Shown: positions 26,946 through 34,559 of the stretch, piece after piece
Position numbering within the stretch: position 1 is the stretch's first letter
Layout: each line of letters begins with the position of its first letter
IMG/VR virus record: IMGVR_UViG_3300046499_000502
Coordinates: 6,335-70,334 of that record
DNA: 64,000 nucleotides
From: a virus
Direction: 5' to 3' (one strand)
Made by a program: the position numbers and the translations under genes
The notes under the pieces: generated by a model
What the model was told of the DNA's origin: nothing
Database searches by the model: none
The model's input: the letters and a program-made list of their open reading frames with translations, nothing else

Positions 26946-28217
26946 ATGGCCAGACGCGCGCAGGACGTCTACACGGAGTGGCGGGGCGGCACCTGCCGCG
27001 TGAAGTGGTGGTCGGGCGAGTATCACGACGACGGCCGCAAGCGGTTCGAGTCCAAGGGCGGCTTCACCGACGAAGAATCGGCGTTCCAGCACGGCCAGGA
27101 CAAGATCTACGAGATCCGTCACGGCATGCATGTGAAGAACGCCGACGGCGCCACCCTCATGTCCGACTGGCTCGACAGCTGGCTCGCGGGCCTCGACCAC
27201 GCGCATCTGACGGAGCGGAACTACCGGTCCATCGTTGAGACCCACATCCGCCCCTACTTCAAGAAGCGCAACGCTGCCGTTGCCGACATCGACGTGATGG
27301 CCTTCCGAGCCTTCCGCAAGCACATCAACGGCGTACTGAAGCCGAACACGGCGAAGAAGGTCATGACGATCTTCGGGATGATTCTCGACGATGCTGTGCC
27401 GCGACTCATCAAGACCTCCCCGGTGGAGCGCACCAGGCGCCGGGGTCGGTATACGCGCAAGCCGAAGGAGCGCAAGCCCGACATGACGGCCGCGGCCGTG
27501 GAGCAGCTCGCGGTCAACGCCCGGACGCTGCTGGGCGATTCGGGCTACGTCTTCATCTGGACGATGGCCTGCACCGGGATGCGGCCGGCGGAGCTGTACG
27601 GGCTCACCCGCGAGTACTGCTACCCCAACTGGCCCGGCATGGACCTGCGATCGAACCCCGACGACCACGACCGCTACAACGACGACCTCGCGCGGTACGG
27701 CAAGGGCGACAACCTCATGCCCGCGATCCGTGTTGAGCGGCAGGTGCAGTACAAGGACGGCGGGCTCGCGTTCATGCCGCCGAAGTATGAGTCGTACAGG
27801 ACGCTGGTGATTCCGCCGTTCCTGGCGGAGATGCTGGAGCAACTGCTCTCCTCGCACGACAGGCCGTGGGTCTTCCCGGCGCTCGAGGGCGGGAGTCTGG
27901 GCGTGGTGAACTTCGACTACCGGTGGTGGCGTCCGATGGCTGACGGCGCCGAGAAGCGCGAGGCGAAGCAGGCCCGGTGGAATCGCCCGGCCATCCCCGC
28001 AGTGCCGTCGTTCGCGGGCCGGCGCCTGTATCTGGTCCGCCATGGCGCGAAGGCGTGGCTGGACGAGGACGGCCACAGCCGGTTCGCGGTGGAGTCGCGG
28101 ATGGGCCACGAGGTGCCGGGCGTCGAGGGCGTCTACTCGTCCGTGACAGTGCCGATGGAAGAGGGCATCATGAAGACGTTGCAGGAGCGTTGGGACGGGC
28201 TCCAGGAGCGGAAGTAG
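26946..28217 (+). CDS. int: Tyrosine integrase
   Basis: Arm-binding N-terminus (ESKGGF); catalytic TGMRPAEL, YLVRH, RMGH, EGVYS. Confidence 0.92.
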   Translation: MARRAQDVYTEWRGGTCRVKWWSGEYHDDGRKRFESKGGFTDEESAFQHGQDKIYEIRHGMHVKNADGATLMSDWLDSWLAGLDHAHLTERNYRSIVETHIRPYFKKRNAAVADIDVMAFRAFRKHINGVLKPNTAKKVMTIFGMILDDAVPRLIKTSPVERTRRRGRYTRKPKERKPDMTAAAVEQLAVNARTLLGDSGYVFIWTMACTGMRPAELYGLTREYCYPNWPGMDLRSNPDDHDRYNDDLARYGKGDNLMPAIRVERQVQYKDGGLAFMPPKYESYRTLVIPPFLAEMLEQLLSSHDRPWVFPALEGGSLGVVNFDYRWWRPMADGAEKREAKQARWNRPAIPAVPSFAGRRLYLVRHGAKAWLDEDGHSRFAVESRMGHEVPGVEGVYSSVTVPMEEGIMKTLQERWDGLQERK

Positions 28218-28236
28218 CCCTACGGGGCGATGCTTC

Positions 28237-28476
28237 TTTCCCAGTTGTTTCCCACTTGAGGGATTCAGATCAAGGACTCTGCAGGTCGGGGCGATTCACG
28301 GCCCCGATCCATCAAGTACTACGACTTCTTCAAGCCGGATGACTGCGCGATTCTCTGAGCGTGCGGTTTGAAGTAACCCGGGTCCTCTAGCTGGCGTTAC
28401 GCCGCGAAACAGTGGCCACGTGTTGCCACCTGACGCCAGGAAAGGACACGATCGTTTCCCACTTGTTTCCCAGTGG
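28237..28476. other. Putative attP: paired arm-type repeats on both sides of a core
   Basis: TTTCCCA(G/C)T(T/G)G 11-mers at 28237, 28248, 28455 and 28466; between them a gene-end-like frame IKYYDFFKPDDCAIL* (28311-28358). Confidence 0.75.
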
Positions 28477-28507
28477 CAGACTGTCCCCGGGACGAGTGCT
28501 TTAAAGC

Positions 28508-28575
28508 GCCGGGCCCGGCTCCCCCCGGGAGCGCCCTTCGGGGCGATGGTGGGAGCCGGGCCCGGCTTTTTCTTT
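28508..28575 (+). terminator. Strong hairpin with T-run
   Basis: GCCGGGCCCGGCTCCC...GGGAGCCGGGCCCGGC followed by TTTTTCTTT. Confidence 0.7.
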
Positions 28576-28740
28576 CAACGAGTGCCCCGTACACCGATAA
28601 CGGCCCACGGCTCACTCGTTCGCACGGGTGCCCGGCAACTACTCCCCGGCACCCGCACTGGTCCACCTCCCAGCCGGGGGTACACGGCCAGGCGGCGGTC
28701 CACTCGGCGCCGCGGAGACCTGAACGCCGCGGCGCCGAAG
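28508..28740 (-). ncRNA. Candidate structured ncRNA (five consecutive stem-loops)
   Basis: Stems at 28508-28566, 28577-28620, 28625-28655, 28669-28692 and 28704-28738; no credible ORF; upstream SOS box. Confidence 0.4.
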
Positions 28741-28750
28741 TATTTATGAA

Positions 28751-28766
28751 TGGAACATCTGTTCGA
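28751..28766. promoter_or_regulatory. LexA (SOS) box
   Basis: TGGAAC-ATCT-GTTCGA, one mismatch to actinobacterial TCGAAC-N4-GTTCGA. Confidence 0.7.
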
Positions 28767-28962
28767 CAGCCGACCCTACCCCTGATCCCACGGCATATGC
28801 CAGGCCGCAGGGCCGCAAGCGGGAGGTTGCGGCGGCCACCCGAAGGCGGCACCCACCTGTTCTACGGCGGGGGAAGGGGCGTCCGTCGCGCGACTTTCAT
28901 GATCAGAGAATGCCGCAAAACTGCTGCTGACTTATGATCATGGTCCGTAAGACGTTGAGCGG

Positions 28963-29193
28963 GTGCCAGCCGAACAGCCCCAGTGGGTCCTCGATGCCCG
29001 CCGGGCCGCGGGCGACCGCATCCGCGTGCGCCGGCTGCACCAGAACATGACGCAGGAGAGCCTCGCTTACACCAGCGGCGTCGACCGGTCGACGATCCAG
29101 CGTATGGAGGGCGGGAGCGAGATGAAACTCAGCCACCTGCTGCTTGTCGCTCACGCGCTGCGAATCCATGTCACCGACCTCCTGCACGGGTAG
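28963..29193 (+). CDS. XRE-family HTH protein
   Basis: RRLHQNMTQESLAYTSGVDRSTIQRMEGG. Confidence 0.85.
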   Translation: MPAEQPQWVLDARRAAGDRIRVRRLHQNMTQESLAYTSGVDRSTIQRMEGGSEMKLSHLLLVAHALRIHVTDLLHG

Positions 29194-29391
29194 ACCACTG
29201 CCCGCAATGTCCGAGCTGCACGACTGAATCAGAGTCAACATCACGTCGGACGATAAGGGAAGGTTGAACGCTCCACTAATCTGTGCGCATCTAGTGCGCC
29301 CCGCACGTTTCCGTAACCGCAGGTCAGGCGATGGCCAGCACTTACCGTCACGGTAAGACCATGCGCCCGATCCTGTGCCTCTGAGGCAAGG

Positions 29392-29541
29392 TCAGCCGCG
29401 GGTGTCCTTGTGGGCCTCGACGAGCCGCTGCCCGGTCTCGCATGGCCCGCTCGTCCGGCACGTCTCACACGCCTGCAGATGGACGACGAGCGCGGTCCAC
29501 TCCGGGGTCGGCGGCGCTACCGGCCGCGGCGCCGGCTTCAC
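29392..29541 (-). CDS. Small Cys-rich protein (H..ACETC....C..G)
   Basis: Coupled GTG. Confidence 0.5.
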   Translation of the reverse strand: MKPAPRPVAPPTPEWTALVVHLQACETCRTSGPCETGQRLVEAHKDTRG

Positions 29542-29747
29542 AGCACACCCTCGAGCCCGGTGGCGGATACGGCGGGGCACACGTAGACGGCGCGAACGGC
29601 GGACCCGCTCGGTGACAACTGGTCGCCGATGCGGATGGCCTCATGCTCGGTGCTGCCGCAGCGGCACGGGGTCGGCCCGGCCGGTTCGAGCGCATCGATC
29701 GTGTCGGCGGTCTGGACCGCGGGCTGTGGCTCCGTAGGGTGGGTCAT
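29538..29747 (-). CDS. Small hypothetical protein
   Basis: GGAG RBS; CRC...VYVCP. Confidence 0.55.
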   Translation of the reverse strand: MTHPTEPQPAVQTADTIDALEPAGPTPCRCGSTEHEAIRIGDQLSPSGSAVRAVYVCPAVSATGLEGVL

Positions 29748-29850
29748 TGTCGACGCTCCGTTCGTCGGCTGCCTCCGGGGCTGCGTGGCCCGCTGCCCCG
29801 GAGGCTCTTGCAATTGCAGGCTAGTCCCACTTGTATCGGCCTGTCTCGCG

Positions 29851-29864
29851 ACGTATCGATACGT
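29851..29864. promoter_or_regulatory. 14-bp palindrome ACGTATCGATACGT, probable operator of the adjacent GntR
   Basis: Perfect palindrome between divergent genes. Confidence 0.55.
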
Positions 29865-29907
29865 AGCCCGAGATGCCGCTCTGTACTGGCCTGTCTAGCT
29901 TCGGATC

Positions 29908-30171
29908 ATGGCCGTAGATCCCGATGCGCAGATTGACCACGAGGGTCCTGTCACCCCGTACCGGCAGCTCGCCGAGATCCTGAAGGCCCGGATCGCGCGC
30001 GGCGACTGGGCCGACGGCAGGCCGATCGCGTCGGAGACGCGGCTGTTGCAGGAGTACGGGCTCGCCCGGTCCACGGTGCGGCGGGCGATCGCCGTGCTCG
30101 CCGAGGAGCAAGCCGTGTGGACGGTCCAGGGGCGCGGCACCTATGTGGGACAACCGCCCGCCGAGGGCTGA
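29908..30171 (+). CDS. GntR-family wHTH-only regulator
   Basis: PYRQLAEILKARI..G...IASE..L.QEYGLARSTVRRAI...QGRGTYV. Confidence 0.88.
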   Translation: MAVDPDAQIDHEGPVTPYRQLAEILKARIARGDWADGRPIASETRLLQEYGLARSTVRRAIAVLAEEQAVWTVQGRGTYVGQPPAEG

Positions 30172-30204
30172 CCGCTGTCGTACCCGGCGGCTAGGCTTTG
30201 ATCT

Positions 30205-30393
30205 ATGCCTCCCACTCCCCCGTCCCGCAGCCAAGCACGCCCGGCTGCCGTGGTGAACGAGGAGATCCGCGCCCTGATCGTGAGGGCAGGCGGCTGGCTG
30301 TACGGGGAGACCCGGCAGCGGTACGAAGTGCTCGTCGCCGAGTGGACGGTCGCGGTCGCGGCGGAGCGGTGCGACGTTGTCGAGGCGGCTTAG
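30205..30393 (+). CDS. Small hypothetical protein (VVNEEIRAL...YEVLVAEW)
   Basis: Typical small Streptomyces prophage ORF. Confidence 0.65.
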   Translation: MPPTPPSRSQARPAAVVNEEIRALIVRAGGWLYGETRQRYEVLVAEWTVAVAAERCDVVEAA

Positions 30394-30412
30394 AGGTACG
30401 GTGACACGGCGA

Positions 30413-30443
30413 CGCCCCGGCCGCTTTCCTCAGCCGGGGCGTC
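30413..30443. terminator. Bidirectional hairpin
   Basis: CGCCCCGG...CCGGGGCG between convergent genes. Confidence 0.55.
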
Positions 30444-30453
30444 TATCGAGCCC

Positions 30454-31263
30454 CTATTTGCCGCCGGACCCCATGCGCCCTCCGGGGATCGCTCCGATCT
30501 TGACGAGCCTGGCGCGCATGTTTTTCGGGGTGACGTCGTGACGCTTGGCCAACTCCTCCACCACCGCGAGGGTTCCGCCAAGTTCGTTGAACTCTGCGAT
30601 CAGTTCCTCCCTCCTCTTCTGGGCGGCTCGCTTGATGCCCTCTCGGGCGTTGGCTGCGCTCTTTGACATGGCGGTCTTCTCCTGTGGTGTCGCCGCGCGT
30701 CGTGCACGGTTGTCGGCGCCTCCAAGACCGAGTCGAGCGAGCGCGCCCCTGACTCCATCGATCCCGAGCCCTGTCTCGATGGCGATATCCCGCAAGAGGA
30801 CGCCCTCTCGGAAGCGACGCCCGACAAGTTCATCTACCTGGGCCATGTCTCGGCGGACTTGACGCCTGCGTCCTTCGTTGGCGGCTTCGATTCGCTCCGC
30901 CGTCGCAGCTTCATAGCCCTTACGTGACATCGCAGGCCAGGCTGGCCGCTCGATCAGCAGATCGCGGCAGCTCTGCGAATGATCGGGGTCGCAGATGGAA
31001 GCCCTTTTCTTCAGTCCAGCCAGTTCGCGCAATTCGGAGGCGCCGATACCGTGCGAACGGCTCGTGTGGGTGGCCAGAACCTTGTATGGCCCCCGACCAC
31101 ACCAGGGACACTTGCCCGCTCCGATGGCCTCACGCACAGCAGACGGTTCGGGCGCGACGACTTGGCCGTGCTGTCCCTCAGGGGGGCGGGCCAGCTTCTT
31201 CGCGCCAGCTAGAGGGTCTGCGTAGCGCCCCCGCGTCTGACGACGCTCCGAGCGGTGCGCCAT
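30454..31263 (-). CDS. Zn-finger (MucR/Ros-like C2H2) + HTH protein, atypical codon use
   Basis: CPWCG..YKVLATH...SHGI...ELRE..GL; LRDIAIETGLG HTH. Confidence 0.65.
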   Translation of the reverse strand: MAHRSERRQTRGRYADPLAGAKKLARPPEGQHGQVVAPEPSAVREAIGAGKCPWCGRGPYKVLATHTSRSHGIGASELRELAGLKKRASICDPDHSQSCRDLLIERPAWPAMSRKGYEAATAERIEAANEGRRRQVRRDMAQVDELVGRRFREGVLLRDIAIETGLGIDGVRGALARLGLGGADNRARRAATPQEKTAMSKSAANAREGIKRAAQKRREELIAEFNELGGTLAVVEELAKRHDVTPKNMRARLVKIGAIPGGRMGSGGK

Positions 31264-31265
31264 GC

Positions 31266-31568
31266 TCAGCTCCTCTCCTTATGGGGTTTGGCCTCATGGT
31301 TGCGGACGCTGGCCTCGGTGCCGGTGTACGTGCAGCCGTCGACGGAGCAGCGGACCCAGCCTCCGCCGGTGACGGCCGCTTCGGTGACGGACTTGTCGGG
31401 CCCGTAGCCGTGGGCGGCGAGGAGCTTGGGGACCGTGCCGCCGTATTCGGCTGCGACGAGCGCGGCTTCGGCGATCTTGTCGTGGCCTCGGGCGAAGAAG
31501 GAGCCGATGCCGGTTTCGGTTCCGCAGCCGCACCAGCATGAGCCGGTGGGCAGGAGTCGCTCGCTCAT
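31266..31568 (-). CDS. Cys-rich protein (CWCGCG...FARGHD; C-terminal C2H2)
   Basis: Motifs as stated; coupled. Confidence 0.75.
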   Translation of the reverse strand: MSERLLPTGSCWCGCGTETGIGSFFARGHDKIAEAALVAAEYGGTVPKLLAAHGYGPDKSVTEAAVTGGGWVRCSVDGCTYTGTEASVRNHEAKPHKERS

Positions 31569-31735
31569 CGCGTGCCCTCCAGCAGTGCACCGATGGCGGC
31601 CACGACGTCGGACACGGCCTGGTTGTACGCCTCATCCTCGGGCGTGCCCGTGGCGTCCGTGAGGTACTCGCCGCGTGCCGCTTCGATGGCCTCGCGGAGG
31701 ACCTCAGCGCGGGTCTCGCTGTCGATTTTCGTCAT
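31565..31735 (-). CDS. Small hypothetical protein (MTKIDSETRAEVLREAIE...)
   Basis: Manual translation; ATGA coupled to next gene. Confidence 0.6.
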   Translation of the reverse strand: MTKIDSETRAEVLREAIEAARGEYLTDATGTPEDEAYNQAVSDVVAAIGALLEGTR

Positions 31736-31747
31736 GTAACCAAGGTA

Positions 31748-31763
31748 GCCAATCTAGATTGGC
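31748..31763. promoter_or_regulatory. 16-bp perfect palindrome GCCAATCTAGATTGGC
   Basis: In the promoter of the 31735-30454 operon. Confidence 0.6.
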
Positions 31764-31846
31764 AATCAAGGTGAACTAGAAAAGATACGCACGCCGCAGT
31801 CACGGCGGAGCGGGTGCGAGGGGACGTCGTGAAGGCGGCGTGAGGC

Positions 31847-32350
31847 TCAGAAGTCCATGACGATGCCGAGCGCCATCAGCCGGTAGCCCATCGCTGCTCG
31901 GCTCATCCCGAACCGGTTGGCGAGCAGGTCGACCAGCTCGGCGGCCGTCCCGAACTCCGCCTCGGCTGCCGCCTTGCGCACCTCTTTCTCCGGGGCCAGG
32001 AGTGCGGCGGCGAAGCGGTTCGCTTCGGCTTCCTCGCGGTCCGTCGGCATGCTCGGCAGCTTGCTGTAGCGGTGCCGGTCGATCGTGTCGAGGATCAGGT
32101 CCCGCCTACGGTGCAGTTGGAAGTGTCCGATCAGGTGGGCCAGCGTGAACCGCTGAGCGACTGGCGGTCGACCCGAGTTGAGACCGAGGATGATCTGGCC
32201 GTCGCGGCGTAGCAGCATTCCGGAGAGGCCGACGTCGTTTCCCTGTCGGGCGACCACGACCCCTAGATCGCATGCGGTCTTCTCCGGGTCGACGGGAAAG
32301 TCGGCGAGACCATCCGTGATGGCGCGGGCGGCTACGTCTGCTCTGGACAC
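31847..32350 (-). CDS. ImmA/IrrE-family (peptidase M78) homologue with HLIGH instead of HExxH
   Basis: PVDP...LSGML...LN......QRFTLAHLIGH...EAEANRFAAALL.P...F.MS..AM.YRL. Confidence 0.85.
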   Translation of the reverse strand: MSRADVAARAITDGLADFPVDPEKTACDLGVVVARQGNDVGLSGMLLRRDGQIILGLNSGRPPVAQRFTLAHLIGHFQLHRRRDLILDTIDRHRYSKLPSMPTDREEAEANRFAAALLAPEKEVRKAAAEAEFGTAAELVDLLANRFGMSRAAMGYRLMALGIVMDF

Positions 32351-32398
32351 GCCACTCCTAGGGGCAGGCGATCGGTCGTCCCATCGTAGGATCTCCCG

Positions 32399-32596
32399 GT
32401 GGCAATCGAACTACCTGAAGATCTGATCGCGCTCGAGCGCACCGCCTGGGCTGAGATCCAGGCCGGGCGGCTGACCGTGGAGACCGCCCGCGCCGTACAC
32501 GAGGGCATCGTCGCCTTCGCCGAACAGTCCAAGACCGGGCGGTACGACGTCGAGATGGGGCTGAAGAAGGCCGTCCGGCACGCGGCCGAGGCCTAG
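32399..32596 (+). CDS. Small hypothetical protein (..RYDVEMGLKKAVRH)
   Basis: Typical Streptomyces prophage small ORF. Confidence 0.65.
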   Translation: MAIELPEDLIALERTAWAEIQAGRLTVETARAVHEGIVAFAEQSKTGRYDVEMGLKKAVRHAAEA

Positions 32597-32746
32597 ACAG
32601 CAGCGAGCCCCGCACCGGGCGCTGTTCCGGGCGGGGCATCAGCAACAACCCGACTAGATCGTTGGGATGTTGGCCACCACTTTACGGGCGGCCACTGACA
32701 ACGGGGATGCCCATCGTCGACGGGGGACGGCGAACGAGGGGCAGGA

Positions 32747-32959
32747 TCAGTCTCGCAGGCCGTCCGCCTCGTCGGGCCAGGACGCGAGGACCAGCTGCTC
32801 CTGCTCGTCGACGAGGGTGACCCGGGCGCCGGTGACGGTCCCGTGCTCGCCAATCCAGCGGCGGAACTTCCGCTCGGCGGTCGCCCGGTCCGACCACCAG
32901 CCCTGCATGACAGGCTGGGCGCCGACCGACAGGGTGAGGTGATAACGCTCGTCGTCCAT
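32747..32959 (-). CDS. Small conserved protein (RYHLTL..G.PVMQGWW...A..KF..W)
   Basis: Coupled to the mini-LexA gene. Confidence 0.7.
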   Translation of the reverse strand: MDDERYHLTLSVGAQPVMQGWWSDRATAERKFRRWIGEHGTVTGARVTLVDEQEQLVLASWPDEADGLRD

Positions 32960-33183
32960 CACGCCAGCCTGATCCCGCGGCGCCGGCCCGGCTCCCGGAC
33001 GATCGCACCCTTCGTCTCCAGCTCGCCCAGCTGGTAGTGGACGGAGGCGCGGCTGCGCATGCCGACCCGCTCCCCGATCTCCTGCACGGTCGGTGCCTCC
33101 CCGCGGTCAGCGATCATCTCGCGGATGCAGCGGAGGATGCGTTCCTGGGTGTCGGTGAGGTGCTCGACCTTGTAGTGGCCCAT
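32959..33183 (-). CDS. LexA-type DNA-binding domain only (no peptidase domain)
   Basis: LTDTQERIL..IRE.I..RG..PTVQEIG..VG..S.ASVHYQL..LE.KG.I.R.P...RGI. Confidence 0.85.
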   Translation of the reverse strand: MGHYKVEHLTDTQERILRCIREMIADRGEAPTVQEIGERVGMRSRASVHYQLGELETKGAIVREPGRRRGIRLA

Positions 33184-33191
33184 GGATCGAT

Positions 33192-33207
33192 TAGAGCGCG
33201 TGTTCGA
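33192..33207. promoter_or_regulatory. Degenerate SOS box upstream of mini-LexA
   Basis: TAGAGC-GCGT-GTTCGA; right half perfect. Confidence 0.5.
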
Positions 33208-33234
33208 ATATTGGGGCAAGTCGACGCACGAGGG

Positions 33235-33263
33235 CTGACAGCCTGGCTGGCGGCACGTAGCGT
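33235..33263 (+). promoter_or_regulatory. sigma70/HrdB-like promoter
   Basis: CTGACA-N17-TAGCGT upstream of the 15-aa peptide ORF. Confidence 0.5.
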
Positions 33264-33293
33264 GGCCGGGCCGCACCAACGTGAGGAGGGGCC

Positions 33294-33341
33294 ATGAGCG
33301 ACGACACGACCTGGGGCATGAGCGACACCGCCTGGGGATGA
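33294..33341 (+). CDS. 15-aa peptide MSDDTTWGMSDTAWG
   Basis: GAGGAGG Shine-Dalgarno, ATG, internal tandem repeat, TGA, downstream hairpin. Confidence 0.55.
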   Translation: MSDDTTWGMSDTAWG

Positions 33342-33353
33342 ACCCGGACAGCG

Positions 33354-33391
33354 CGACGCCCCCGCAGCCGATGAGGCCGCGGGGGCGTTCG
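33354..33391. terminator. Hairpin between peptide ORF and convergent recombinase
   Basis: CGCCCCCGC...GCGGGGGCG. Confidence 0.6.
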
Positions 33392-33396
33392 CCCGT

Positions 33397-34413
33397 TCAG
33401 AGCCCGATGTCTTCGCTGGCGGCGTCGGTCCACTTGTCGGCTTCGCGGATGTAGCCCCAGAAGGCGGGGCTGTTCTCGGCGTGGCCGGACTGGGCGCGGA
33501 TCTTCTCCTCGCGCTTGCCTGCGATCCTCGAGGTCGTGATGAACCCGGCCCGCATGGAGTGGCCCGTCAGCCGGACGGCGATCCCGGCGCGCTCCGCGTT
33601 CCGGGCGATGATCTCGCGGCAGGCTTCGGGCGAGAGGCTCCTCGAGCCGACGTTGCCCCATACGTCGATGGGCAGGAAGGCGGGTCCGCTCGTGATGACG
33701 CTCGAGGACTTCCAGGTGGACCAGGCGCGGACGGGGCAGGTGTCGGGGTTCTTGCCGTAGGCGACGACGACGTCTCGAGCGGGGCGGCCTTTGACGGAGG
33801 GGACGTGTACCTCGAGGCCCATGCTCGAGAGGACGATGCCTTCGACGGTGAGCGCGGCGACTTCGGCGGATCGGCCTGCGATGCCGAAGGCCATGAGCCA
33901 TAGGGCGCGGTCGCGGAGGCCGGTCAGGCTCGAGGGTGCGGCGGCGCTCATCTTCCGCAGTTGCTCGGCGGTGGCTGCTGGGGCTTGCCCGCGTCCTCGA
34001 GCTTGGCGTTCGGGGTCGAGCTTGAGCGGCTTGAGGGCTTGGCGGGCGGCGACAGTGGCGGCCTTGGGGACTTCGACGCCTTGGCCTCGAGCGGTGACGG
34101 TGACGCCGGTGATGCGGCGGTCGATGCTGTTGGGTGCGGCGAGTTTGATGGTGTCGAGCCAGACGACGAATCCGACGAGCGTGCCCTTGGTTACGGCGGT
34201 CAGCGGCAGCGGCTGTCCGGTGCGTTCGGCGAGCCAGTCGTGGAACTCTTCCCAGAGTGCCCAGTCGTTGGCGTAGCCGCGCTTCGTGTTGTGGGGGCGG
34301 ATGGCGTCGAGGTGTTTCTCGGCTGCCTCTTCCATGGCGGCCAGAACAGCGAGCGTCGCAGCGTCGTAGGCGGCGGGGGTGGCGTCCGGCTGGCGCGGGG
34401 CGAGGTCGGTCAT
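33397..34413 (-). CDS. Second tyrosine recombinase (Cre-like, no arm-binding domain)
   Basis: NTKRGY..DW..W; RDRAL; GRSAEV; SVKG; TCPVRA; GHSMRAG; QSGH; GYIR. Confidence 0.88.
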   Translation of the reverse strand: MTDLAPRQPDATPAAYDAATLAVLAAMEEAAEKHLDAIRPHNTKRGYANDWALWEEFHDWLAERTGQPLPLTAVTKGTLVGFVVWLDTIKLAAPNSIDRRITGVTVTARGQGVEVPKAATVAARQALKPLKLDPERQARGRGQAPAATAEQLRKMSAAAPSSLTGLRDRALWLMAFGIAGRSAEVAALTVEGIVLSSMGLEVHVPSVKGRPARDVVVAYGKNPDTCPVRAWSTWKSSSVITSGPAFLPIDVWGNVGSRSLSPEACREIIARNAERAGIAVRLTGHSMRAGFITTSRIAGKREEKIRAQSGHAENSPAFWGYIREADKWTDAASEDIGL

Positions 34414-34559
34414 CCCTTTCCCTCGCGCCGTGCGTGCATGCGGTCTTTGATCTGTTGCTGGGTGGGTGGCTGCCAGGTGTGGCTACCGTCGGATCCGGCC
34501 TGGATTGCGTGGCCGCGCTGCCCGATACCGCAGAGACGGCAGCCGTTCGGGATGGTCAT
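34410..34559 (-). CDS. Small Cys/His protein (PNGCRLCGI..RGH...H.W..PT..QIK.RM.ARR)
   Basis: Coupled to the recombinase. Confidence 0.65.
   Translation of the reverse strand: MTIPNGCRLCGIGQRGHAIQAGSDGSHTWQPPTQQQIKDRMHARREGKG

Noticed and set aside
28260-28440. tRNA or tmRNA fragment at the att core
   Set aside because: No T-loop (GTTCGA) or acceptor/CCA pattern visible there
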